From Octopus bimaculoides (taxonomy: Eukaryota), in assembly GCF_001194135.2 (NCBI RefSeq), contig NC_068986.1:111818450-111882449 (forward strand): 64,000 nucleotides of DNA, written 5' to 3'. Below the pieces are notes generated by a model. It saw only the letters and a list, made by a program, of their open reading frames with translations. It had not been told where the DNA came from and searched no databases. This document shows positions 40,941 through 52,153 of this stretch, piece by piece. The position numbers and the translations under genes are program-made. Within the stretch, counting starts at the first letter, position 1, and every line of letters begins with the position of its first letter.

Positions 40941-42339
40941 TATCTCTTTTGGAGAAAAAAAAAAAAAAAATCCGTCACACATTATTTTTTGATCATTTCA
41001 TTATGAAATAGAATAATTTGCGGATTTAAAATAAAATAGCATTATTTTTGCATTTCTACTGTAGTGGCTGCCACTGCTAGTAATGATGTTTGTGTTGATG
41101 ATGATGATGATGATGATGACGTGGAGGAGGAGGAGGAGGACAACGATGATGATGCAGGTATAGCGGCAGCTATAGTTGTTATTGCAGTTAGTGAGGCTAA
41201 TGATCTAGATAATCGTTCTATACAACTATAAGACGAAATTGTAAAACAAATTTAGAAAGGAAAAAATGCGAGATCGATATGTGCTCATTTAAAAAGGTGA
41301 GATCTTTTAGTAAGTGTATTATTATAAAACATTTACACATTAATGAAAATACAATACTGCAGACAATTCGATATAATTAGGGCGAAACACCAAATTAATT
41401 TCATTGGAACACTTGTTGAGCTTCGAATTAATATCATAGTTGTTTTTGGACGTGTTGCCATGGATACAGATGCAATTTTTTCTGTTCGTGCTTATTTTAT
41501 TTAATCCATTCGAAATTGGTAGTCGCGTTTTATCTAGACATATGATGTTCATGCAGATAATAGCAATTCTAGCTTCTCACTATGTAGTAACAAAGACAGT
41601 TTTAAATAAGTCACGTATGACGGGACGAACACCGGAGGCAAAATATTTTGTTAACCGCCCCAATATTTTTAGTTCCCGCTACTGTTGCTGTTGTATTGGA
41701 TGGTCTCATTATCTGTATGGATTGTGGTTGGACAAGGGAGATCTGGGATTTCATGTAACTCCTGGCAAAGAAGATAGACAAATGTTTTGACATTTGAAAA
41801 TTATTACGAAGGGGCACCTTACAACCTGGTGACTCGTCACCACACTAAGCTCCAGCATGTGCTGAAGTTGCTGTAAAGGTTCTATATTCGCCTGGTTAAA
41901 AGAGCCTGCAATGTGTAAGAGCTGAACATTTTTCTCAGTATGATGAGCTTGTAAAGACTTCGCCACAGTCCCTTAAATTGGACATCATTCACGTATTGTT
42001 TTGTCGTTTATTGAGTCATGAAGACTTTCATGTCTTTAGTGACCACCGGATCACATATAACTCAATATTACACCGGCATATGAACTATGAAATTGACTAT
42101 AGAGCAAATGATGACGTTGTCTCCGATTTCTTTAATGGGGGAAATTGTGCTTCTTTTGTTAGACGGGTGTATCTCATAATTTGTTGTTAGATTCTAGCAC
42201 GATCTTCAGTTTTGAAGATTAAACTGAAAGAAATGGCCCAATACGTACTCCAATTCCCGATAAATGGGATTTCACGAAGAAGTTTTTTTTAATATTAGTT
42301 CGATACAAAATAAAAAGTTCATTATATTTGTTTACTTAC

Positions 42340-42403
42340 AGAAATTGTTTGTACCTAACCCCACCCTTGTGCAATTCTATCATATGCTCTGAGACGCGAG
42401 CAA
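42340..42403 (-). CDS. weak candidate exon (64 bp)
   Basis: Minus strand ttttattaacaatacag|TT...TTTCT|gtaagt; only one open frame, xARVSEHMIELHKGGVRYKQF. Confidence 0.25.
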
Positions 42404-43494
42404 CTGTATTGTTAATAAAATACTGGCAAACACTGCTATTTGCAAGGAAATGTATCATATCTAGCCTTTTCTTGTTTCAAGATGCATTAACAACCAATAA
42501 AGCTTAGAAAGCACACACCACACTTCAGTCATTCCACTGCGTGTGTACGTCTTGTGATGGTGTTGACAAACATGGCTGATTTCTTAGGTAAAGTAATCCT
42601 TCAAAGTTCATCATTCCTCTTTTCCCACCAGAATTAGCAGATCAACTGAAGTGAATTTGTCTAAACGGAGAATCGCATTTTGTTATGCATTCTGAGTCTG
42701 TTACACACAATCTGTACTAATCTACGCTACACACAAACTAATAATTAACTAATCATTGATTCTTGTCTGGAATGATTCTGTAATGAGTTGTTCGATCAAG
42801 ACTAACCTTTAAAAACAAAAAAAAAATGAGAGACAGAGCTAATAAACATTCGGGTAATTAACATAGGTACAAGGTCAAATATTTTCCGCTGAGAGGATAG
42901 TAACGTTAATATCGATCGAGGTAATTGATCGATATTCATTTTATCGATCTAATCATGAGATATAATCAAGGGCATGCATTTTGTGTGAGTGCATGTAATT
43001 AATTAAATCAACTCCGTGTATTACCTGATAATGACATTATCAACCACAGAATACCTTCTTAATCGAAAGAGAAAGTAACAGCGTCAATGGCTTCGTAACA
43101 AACCTGTTCAATCAGTGGGCGACAAGACGGCGTTAACTTTACGAGTCGATACGAACTGCTCCTTGTTACTCTCTGATATGCTAGAACTAGCAGCTATATC
43201 ATCTCTAAACCTTTGTTGTATTAAAACAAAAAGAAAAGCAGTATACACACGTAAAAAAAGAGCGGATAGTCGTTGTGGTGTACATCGGAGAATAAATTCA
43301 CTTGATAAACGTATCAATAGGTTATAATATATTAACAATGACACCGAACAGTGATAGCAACAACAAAACCAATAGCAAACACATGTAACAGAAATTCGAA
43401 ATTCAAAGTAAATTCATTAAATAAGCAAATATTTCTCTGTATTAGAATAACAATCTTAATTAATCACTACATACGAATAATAGCAGCAGCAGCT

Positions 43495-43527
43495 GTAATA
43501 ATAGTAGTAGTAGTAGTAGTAGTAGTT

Positions 43528-43577
<50 letters not shown>
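43495..43577. repeat. (AGT)n microsatellite
   Basis: Directly visible. Confidence 0.95.
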
Positions 43578-43744
43578 TTTTATTGCTGTTTTAACGACTA
43601 TCACATTAGTGTCTTAAGCATCGGTACAAATAGGAGTACGGTGACCCTGAAGAAGCTGGTCGTTCTCCCATACGGCTAAACACGGAAGCGTGTGGTTATG
43701 CTGAATCATATATTGTGAAATTACGGGTTTGATTTTAAGTTTTC

Positions 43745-44025
43745 ACCTGGGGAATTTCAACCATGTTTCGTGGTCTGCTACCACAACAGCTCCTTAATAG
43801 GATCCAGTTAGCTCAAGACATCATCAGGAGGAACCACGTCCGGTTTCGGCCCCTACTCCTCTACCGTTTTGACGTGGCGGGGCCCCTCCTTTCGGAGGTG
43901 TCTTCAGCCCTGGTGTTGGGTGTATGTCTTCTTTCTTCTATTCCCTGGCCTCTTCGATGCAGCATCAACGAGTGTCAGCGTCCGACTGATCGTCATGTCA
44001 AGTTCCCCTTTTTATATCTGCTGAG
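43745..44025 (-). mobile_element. copy 2 of the unclassified TATA-Inr/ribozyme-like repeat
   Basis: Reverse complement: gatataaaaaggggaacttgacatgacgatcagtc...gggctgaagacacctccgaaaggaggggccccgccacgtcaaaacggtagaggagtaggggccgaaaccggacgtggttcctcctgatgatgtc...gaccacgaaacatgg. Confidence 0.7.
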
Positions 44026-44140
44026 ATGTCAATAAAGAAATATTGTTGTGAGATGCTGGACAGTTTATTGAGCAACCGTTTGAAGACTCGTACATATAAT
44101 TACCTGGCTCGCGAAAAGTACACATGGGAAATATTCATGT

Positions 44141-44310
44141 CGCAGGCGAGGGTTATATGGTAAGAGTTTGCTTGTCGCCAACATCGTTCCGGGTCCAGTC
44201 CCACTGCGTAGCACCTAAGGCAAGTGATTTTCCTTACAACATCGGGACAACAAAGCCTGTGAGTGAATTTGGTAGATGGAAGCCGAAAAAAGCTCGCGTG
44301 TCTGTGTGTA
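44141..44310 (+). mobile_element. degenerate 5' half of SINE family B
   Basis: tggtaagagtttgcttg...gttccgggtccagtcccactgcgtagcacctaaggcaagtg...cctgtgagtgaatttggtagatggaag. Confidence 0.7.
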
Positions 44311-44496
44311 TAAAAGCCCTGCAAAACAAAGACGCACCACGTGGCAGTACAACCTCAGCAAATTACACCAGTCAGCTGACTATTGCCTGAGGGTTGCATC
44401 AAGTGGTAGAAACCCGAACAGCAACAAACAGCTCTTCCCACAAAGATCTACTTTTTTGTTAACCCTCGCGCGCCGTGCGTGCGTGCGTGCGTGCGT

Positions 44497-44549
<53 letters not shown>

Positions 44550-44935
44550 NNNNNNNNNNNNNNNNNNNNNNNNNNNNNNNNNNNNNNNNNNNNNNNNNNN
44601 NNNNNNNNNNNNNNNNNNNNNNNNNNNNNNNNNNNNNNNNNNNNNNNNNNNNNNNNNNNNNNNNNNNNNNNNNNNNNNNNNNNNNNNNNNNNNNNNNNNN
44701 NNNNNNNNNNNNNNNNNNNNNNNNNNNNNNNNNNNNNNNNNNNNNNNNNNNNNNNNNNNNNNNNNNNNNNNNNNNNNNNNNNNNNNNNNNNNNNNNNNNN
44801 NNNNNNNNNNNNNNNNNNNNNNNNNNNNNNNNNNNNNNNNNNNNNNNNNNNNNNNNNNNNNNNNNNNNNNNNNNNNNNNNNNNNNNNNNNNNNNNNNNNN
44901 NNNNNNNNNNNNNNNNNNNNNNNNTATATATATAT

Positions 44936-44972
<37 letters not shown>

Positions 44973-45989
44973 AACTTTTCAAGGACCTATAAGCTTTAAA
45001 GAAAGCTAGCATCCTAATCTTCCAGTTTATACCAGTGATTAATAAAAACTAAATATATTACTTTTCCATTGATATATATAGGTATAAAAATATTTATGTA
45101 CGAGAAAAGGAAGAAAATGGAGAGATTAACATGCAGACAGTTTATTGAAAGATATTCAAATCTATACAATGAACTGCTTATCCTACTGTCGTTTCCATAT
45201 CCAATTAGTTAAGTTACAGTTTCATATAAACAAAAAAACTGGTTAATTGGGTATTTCACCGGGGGTAGGGGTTATATTTGAACGTGTTGGTTGACCTACG
45301 ACAGACTCAGATGTGCGTGGTTTAGATTGTGAGTGTTGTTCTAAAGAAACCGTTATTTTTTAATACGTTTGATCTACCAATGCTTGTGCATGATGTTTTT
45401 TTATTGGTGGTCGTGTGGTAGTTAGGGTGAGATAAATTATATACGGTGAGAGAGAGAGAAATAAAAGCGAGTGAGTGGGAGTGAGGGAGACGGTGGTAAC
45501 ATTCATCAATTAGTTGTGCTTGAGTTTGTTCAAGAAACTGAAGACTACGAAAAATATGACGTATCAAAACTGCTAGTTTAATTACCACATAATAGTTTTA
45601 CGCCATCAATATTTGTGCGTAAATCTACGGTCAATATAAACTTTGTAAACAAAAGCAAAACCTAAACATTACCAGATTCTATTTATAGATAATTTATATT
45701 AAAACTAAGTACACTAAACGTGTAATTACTATTAAGATAATATGTTTTATCTCAAATTTAGTTTTTTAAAAATTATTATAAGAATTTCAACGAGATATTT
45801 ATTAGAAACATGCTTAATTGAATTCATAGTAAAATACTAATACATTGCCACGTATAGAAGACATAAACGTCCATCTAAAGTATTTAATTAATATATTATA
45901 TCATATTATATTATATTATATATATTTCTAATCACTATTACATCTACTAACAATTTATTAACGTTTACCTTCTGTGATGATTATATATT

Positions 45990-46381
45990 TAATGGTAGTT
46001 TCTAAGAGTCCATTTACATGAACGCATGAAAAAACATTCTTTATTTTAGCATTTAAGAGATGTCTCCTAGAATATAAGATAAAAGATAATCCCTTCTAGG
46101 CAGAGAAAGCAAAAAGTGTTTCCAGGTTTATAACTTTTTTTCATGTCTTTTAAGTCCCAAATAAATTTATTGAGGCTGATAGAAGAAAACTTGTCCCTGT
46201 TATTAAAGGTGTAAATATGTTTAGAGACGTGCTTCTTAATAAGATTTTGCATAGCCCCTATGTACAAAAACATTTTACCTTCAGATATCAGCTTACATCT
46301 GTAAACAACATTGTTTTGTTTACAATAATTTTTAAATGAACATTCGCTACTAATCCTAAAATCACAAAAAAGTATTTTCAA
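45990..46381 (-). mobile_element. Penelope-like element remnant (GIY-YIG endonuclease region)
   Basis: NNVVYRCKLISEGKMFLYIGAMQNLIKKHVSKHIYTFNNRDKFSSISLNKFIWDLKD...GNTFCFLCLE has the VVY-YIG motif, the H..F and L.K.IW.LKD motifs and the C.LC motif typical of PLE endonucleases. Confidence 0.7.
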
Positions 46382-46468
46382 TAGGACTCGTATTATTACT
46401 CTTTTTCACATCATTACATTCAGTATAATTGCTACTTGCCCTTTTATTTACGTTCAAGAGGTGCAGAT

Positions 46469-46540
<72 letters not shown>

Positions 46541-46690
46541 TAGATAGATAGATAGATATTATGTGTGTGTTTGTGTTCATCGTTAAATCCGGTGATATAT
46601 ACATTGTTTTGTGCGTGTTTATGTGCCTTATGTGTATGTGTAAACTTGCATACATGTAATGAAATCCAAAAGCTAATACAAAAATACAAT

Positions 46691-47635
46691 ATAGTATGAA
46701 GGTGTCATTAACATATCACCCTATGGTCTATGGTATGTTAATGACACCTTTATACTCTGGCCCAACTAGGAAAATGCCCAAGTGCTGTTAGATCATGTCA
46801 ACTCAATAAAGCCGTCAATACAGTTCACAATGGAAAAGGAATAAGACAATCAGCTGGCATTCCTGGACGTATTAATAACACGCACCAAGTTTGGATTCAG
46901 GGCATCCGTATACCGCAAGCCAACCTTCAGTGGACTATACCTTAACTTAAATGTCCACCATCCATACAATGTAAAGAGAAGGATTGCTCAGTGCCTAAAA
47001 CATCGAGCAAAGAATCGTGATACACGCCACGAAAAAATGATCAAGCTCAATAACGATCTGTTAAGTAAAAACTACCCCAAAATTATTCTATCCACTCCGA
47101 TTATGAAGAAAATAAGAGAATAAGGTCAATAAACTGTTTATAGTCTCTCTACCGTATGTGAAAGGCCTTTCGGAAAAGATACAAAAGATATGCGGCCCAT
47201 ATGAAATCAGGATAGTATTCAAGAGTAATACAACACTCCGCAAATATCTCCTTCGGGTAAAATCACCAATAGAAGAGAATATGACCAAAGACCGCGTGTA
47301 CTCCAGCCCATGCTTGTATAACTTGCAGTAGATTATACAAAGGCGGAACATGTCGCTCCCTCAAAATAATAGCATAGGAACATCGCAAAGCTGTAACACG
47401 AGGAGATATGTATAAATCAGGTATAGCTGATCATGTATGCAAAAATGGAGACCACCTTTACCTGTGGAATGAAGTTAAAATAATAGACAGAGAATACCAC
47501 TAGAAAATACGAAACCTAACAGAAGCAACACATATGCTAGGACAAAACAACCTCCTAAGCAGACTGAGTGCAAATATGAACAGCATATGTGAACCGGTAT
47601 TAAGGAACGATAGAAAAATATTAGGTTTATAAGCC
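46691..47635 (+). mobile_element. 5'-truncated Penelope-like retroelement ORF (RT C-terminal half plus GIY-YIG), decayed
   Basis: WYVNDTFILW (YVDD-like), LLDHVNSIKPSIQFTMEKE*DNQLAFLDVLITR...SVYRKPTFSGLYLN..HHP, then a decayed RVYS.PC endonuclease region and W.EVKIIDRE..KIRNLTEATHML. Short inverted duplication at the 5' end. Confidence 0.85.
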
Positions 47636-47661
47636 CTAAAATTCACTCCATAATTTCCCAC

Positions 47662-47922
47662 GGACATATGGCGTAGTAGTTAAGAGCGCGGGCTACTAAC
47701 CCCAAGATTCCGAGTTCGATTCCAATAATAATAACAATAACATCGAAAAATACCTTAGGAATGAGAACTCACGTTCGAAATTTCCCCCAGACACCTGAAG
47801 AAGACTGGAGGATATATCAGCCGAAACGTTATGTTAACAACAAATAAGATTAGGACAAATATCCGGTGAAATTAAATAATGTAAATAATGCACATAATTC
47901 CTCATCTCTTAAATATAGAACT
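47662..47922 (+). mobile_element. tRNA-like head plus hammerhead-containing tail directly 3' of the PLE ORF (pseudo-LTR or SINE-like module)
   Basis: A-box-like tggcgtagtagttaag, anticodon-like arm cggg-ctactaa-cccc, B-box-like gagttcgattcc, then an (AAT)n spacer and the hammerhead-like motif. Confidence 0.7.
47790..47835 (+). ncRNA. minimal type I hammerhead ribozyme-like motif (probably decayed)
   Basis: gacac-CTGAAGA-a-gactg-gaggatatat-cagcc-GAAA-c-gtt-atgtt: CUGANGA and GAAA cores, stem II 4/5 paired, palindromic AACGTT stem III, stem I gacac/atgtt with one mismatch. Confidence 0.6.
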
Positions 47923-48658
47923 ATAAACATCTTCGTTTATATTCCATAATATATTTAATGGAGACCTATCGAATCTCTAAACAAACCATGATATGTAGGG
48001 TAATTAGACGTTGATAGATTTTGTCAACAAGTAGCAATACGTATTAACTAGCAAACGTTAGAGCAGATTTTAAAGTTGTATCTTCCATTAATAAAACGAG
48101 AATATTTTCTCATGTGACACTTGAACAACTCTCTAAAGGCGTTATATCTATATTCTATATCTGAATAATGGACTATCACGAAACGTGTTAAGTAGGTTAA
48201 CACCAATTATTCTAGTCCGATTGATATTGCTAAATAGATGAAAAAATATTTCAACGATTTATTTCGTAATTGTACATTAATTAGAATAACATTCTTTGTA
48301 TTTGTACAGAAAATCTTATTTTAGATGGCATATATTTCTAGGTTTGTAAAGAAGTGTGTATGTGTGTATCTATGCATACATGTATGTCCGTTGTGTTTAT
48401 GCGTGTGTTTGTATGCGTGTGCATTAATGCACGTATTTGTCTATATGCTATACATTTATGAGTATAGAAGCTCTATGGGTCTATGAAAATCTTGAAAAAC
48501 ATATTGATCCAAAGATCTCCTGTCTTCAGTATGTCCTACTTCAGAGATATATTGAGTAACTTAGCTCTTCACACTGAATACGGCATACACCTTATTGATT
48601 TCATATGATCTAATTAATAAACACTCCACCCTTTCTTATTTTCTTCTGTATACAGAAG

Positions 48659-48845
48659 AGGCACAAGAGTGGCTTCCCAGCTACATGGTTCTGTGTTCAG
48701 TCTCACTACGTAGCATTTTGGGTAAGTGTCATTTATAGCCTCGGGCTATAAATGACATTTGGTAAACGGAAACTAATAGAAGCCCGTCGTGTATATATGT
48801 ATATATCTATATATATATATATATTATGTATATATACAACTGTAT

Positions 48846-48898
<53 letters not shown>

Positions 48899-49107
48899 CT
48901 ATTTGCGTGTCTATGTTTGTCCCCACCCCCATTGTTTGACAATCGAATTTGGTGTGGTGTGTTTACGTCACCGTAACCTAGCGGTTCGGAAGCACTACTG
49001 ATATAATAAGTACTAGGCCTACAGACAATATGTCCTAGGTTCTATTTGTTCGAGTAAAGGCAGTGCTCCAGCATGGCCTCAATGAAATGATTGAAACAAG
49101 TAAAATA
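48659..49107 (+). mobile_element. SINE family B, older full-length copy with internal TA/TG microsatellite
   Basis: Head ctacatggttctgtgttcagtctcactacg, middle gaagcccgtcg, tail ggcagtgctccagcatggcc...gattgaaacaagtaaaa. Confidence 0.85.
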
Positions 49108-50844
49108 TTAAATGAATATACATATATAAGACAATTGCAATCAATATGGAGTTTAATACTTCGGCATATGTTTTGCATTCATTTCTACAGTCATAAAATA
49201 AATCTTGGTATTTTCATTGTTGTATTGCAATTGGTCAAATAGCTTTATATCTTAGGTGTAGATATCTAGAATCCTAATTATTTATAGTTGTTCAGCATCA
49301 AAAATACTGAATACGTTATTCAGCTACTTAGAATGATAGTTAAATATTTTCTGTAAAGAAAATTTAACTCAATGCATGGAAAAGGCATCCTGAGTTTGTT
49401 TTGGTTTTCCCTGATAAATAGAAATAATTTGAAGAGAAGTGTAGTTTTGGGTGATCTGTTGAAGTTGAGTAAACCACTGCAAATTCAATGCGAAATTCTT
49501 TGATATGTTATCATAAATGAAGAGCAAGATAAGATTCTAATCACGGCTTTCTTTTCATCAGATATATCTACCAATATATCTTGCGCATCTATGAGGCATT
49601 TTCTGCGAATAATGAAGCATAATACACATGTATGAACAATCGCGAGTGTGACTTCAAGTAATGTATGATCGGTGATAATTTGTTAGCGAAATCTGTCTTG
49701 ATGTCTCCGTCCATTAAGTTGCACATTTTGTAATGCATGAATCCATAGTAACAAACGAGTCGCCATTACAGAAACACATTCTGACATTCCCTTTCGAAAT
49801 ATCGTGAACTCTTTGTAATACTTCCCTTTTACTCGTTGTATTTGATGGATTAATAAGAACAAAGCAACACCAGATTTGATTTCAGGTTGACACCGGATAT
49901 AATGCAATCGATAATGGAACCTTAATTCTTCAGAATTTGAATTAGTTGTTTGAACCAAGTATGTCGGGATTTCTGCCAAGAACCACTTAGATTGGTGTAT
50001 TATGTATCGCGTAAATGTATGACTTGCATATAACTCACGGAGAGTGTGCTATTCAGCTTTAATTAAGTTTGTCACTGAATTCCTATGGTGTAGAATTATC
50101 GAGAGAAGCCGTTCAAAGAGATCTCTTCTCGCACAACATGACTTCTTGTGTTATAAGGTTATGTATCAGAAGAGTTCGACTGTTTAAATTTAAGACTTCA
50201 GAACTGACTTTAATTTAAGAATTGTATAATTAGATTCTATCCTCAGTTTGTATTAATATTATGTTAGGTCTCAGTATCAGGGGATCTTCATTTACAACGG
50301 TTAAAAAATTGGGCCAATTGATGTTGATAAAATTTATTCGTGTATATATATATATATATTATATATATATATATATATATNNNNNNNNNNNNNNNNNNNN
50401 NNNNNNNNNNNNNNNNNNNNNNNNNNNNNNNNNNNNNNNNNNNNNNNNNNNNNNNNNNNNNNNNNNNNNNNNNNNNNNNNNNNNNNNNNNNNNNNNNNNN
50501 NNNNNNNNNNNNNNNNNNNNNNNNNNNNNNNNNNNNNNNNNNNNNNNNNNNNNNNNNNNNNNNNNNNNNNNNNNNNNNNNNNNNNNNNNNNNNNNNNNNN
50601 NNNNNNNNNNNNNNNNNNNNNNNNNNNNNNNNNNNNNNNNNNNNCGATAAATATATATATATATATGTGTGTGCGTGTGTGTAAGAGTGTGTGTGTGTGC
50701 ACATGTGTGTATGTGTGTGTGTATGTATTTATATATATATGTATATGTATTATGTGTTTATGTATGTATGTAAATATGTATATCGATTGTCCGTAAACGT
50801 AAATCGGAAAAAAGGAGTCCCTTCTTAGTTGTAAAGCAATATAT

Positions 50845-52153
50845 ATTAAAGTTACATAAGGCCGGTTTATGGGATTACCTACGTATATAAAGGGCCTGGA
50901 TTTATGGCGTATCATCAGATCCCAAAATCTGTTGGCTAAAGGCCTCTCTAGTGAGTGGAATATTTAGAATATGGAGGAGGAAATGAGCTCGTTACTTAAA
51001 GTCAACAAAACCTCTTGGCTATTTATTGCCGATATCAAGAAAGGGGGATGTGTCCCTAGGGCTATCGCTCGCCGCTAGAACTGCTACCTCGTGGGTTCCA
51101 ATTGGCAAGCAGGAATTTCCTGAAATGCAAGAACGGTCCAAATACCTACCTTCAAGAGTTCAAGGTGTTTCCTGGATCGAGGGAGTCCTTTAGGTCCCTC
51201 GCCCGTTCCGCTACGCATAATTTACAGTGGTTGGTTCCGTTAATGTAGGGGTCTGGATTCTCTATGATTCTCTATGATTCTCCATGATATTATGTATGGA
51301 ATCCCATGGTCTATAAGTCGCCATACGCTGTTGTCTGATGACGTGACGAATCCCCTTTCTGGTATCCTGAAGGAGGATGTGCAGTTGGAAGGCGTTGATT
51401 AAATGAATTACCAAAACAACCTATGTATCTCCGTGGTCGAGTGTTGGCGGTGGCTTGTTGGTTTCGCTGCCGCCGCTGTTGCCGGGCCTGAGACGTTTGG
51501 TGCTAGCGTTGTTGGAGTTGGTCGTGATGGTACTGGTGCTGTTGATATTGGCGTTATTGGAGGTAGCGATGGTGTTGATACTGCCATTGCCGGCTTTGGG
51601 AAAGGTGCCATTCTTGTTATTAGAACTATCGCCATTGATGGAGGGGCTCTCATTGCTGTTGTAGATGTCCTTGGCAATTCATCACGTCATTAGCTAGCCA
51701 CGTATGCCAATAGACGGGATATAATATCATGGGGAATCCTATACAATATCATGGAGAATCCTAGTGAATTCAGTCCCCTACATTAACGGAGACAACCGCT
51801 GTAAATTATGTGTGGCGGAAGGGGCAATACAAGTAAAGGTCTTCCTTGATCCAGGGAGCATTCTGAAATTTTTAATGGAGGTTTTAGGATCGTGCTTGGA
51901 ATTCAGGAGATAGCAGGGCCAACAGCGATATATAGCCAAAAGGACACAACCCCTTTTGTTGATATCGGTGATCGATAAACAAGAGGAAACAATCCCCTTC
52001 GTTGACATTGAATAACGAGCTCATTTCCTCCTCCATATTCTAGAGAGATCTCTAACTAACAGATTTAGGGATCTCATGATGCGCCATAAGCCAGGCCCTT
52101 TATGGACGTGAAACCTAAGGGAATCCCATGAATCGACCTTGTCTAACTTTAAT
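50845..52153. mobile_element. 1.3 kb foldback element with ~480-500 bp diverged inverted arms (50845-51351 and 51677-52153) and a ~325 bp low-complexity spacer
   Basis: Arms align as reverse complements along their length, for example agaatatggaggaggaaatgagctcgtta on the left and taacgagctcatttcctcctccatattct on the right. Outer ends read ttaa-agtta...taact-ttaa. Confidence 0.85.

Noticed and set aside
41751-41966. C2H2 zinc-finger-like DCGEVFTSSSY fragment
   Set aside because: Followed immediately by a stop, with no His pair or TGEKP linker in frame.
42573-42600. Plus-strand aaacATGGCTGATTTCTTAG|gtaaag as a first coding exon
   Set aside because: Only five codons, with no supporting promoter or downstream plus-strand exons; chance occurrence is likely.
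43641-43690. Hammerhead-like motif ctgaaga-a-gctg...cggc-taaa
   Set aside because: The GAAA core reads TAAA and no stem I/III pairing is evident; at most a dead remnant.
47662-47724. Functional tRNA-Ser gene
   Set aside because: No recognisable acceptor stem pairing, no variable arm, no oligo-T terminator, and it is embedded in a retroelement; treated as a tRNA-derived head.
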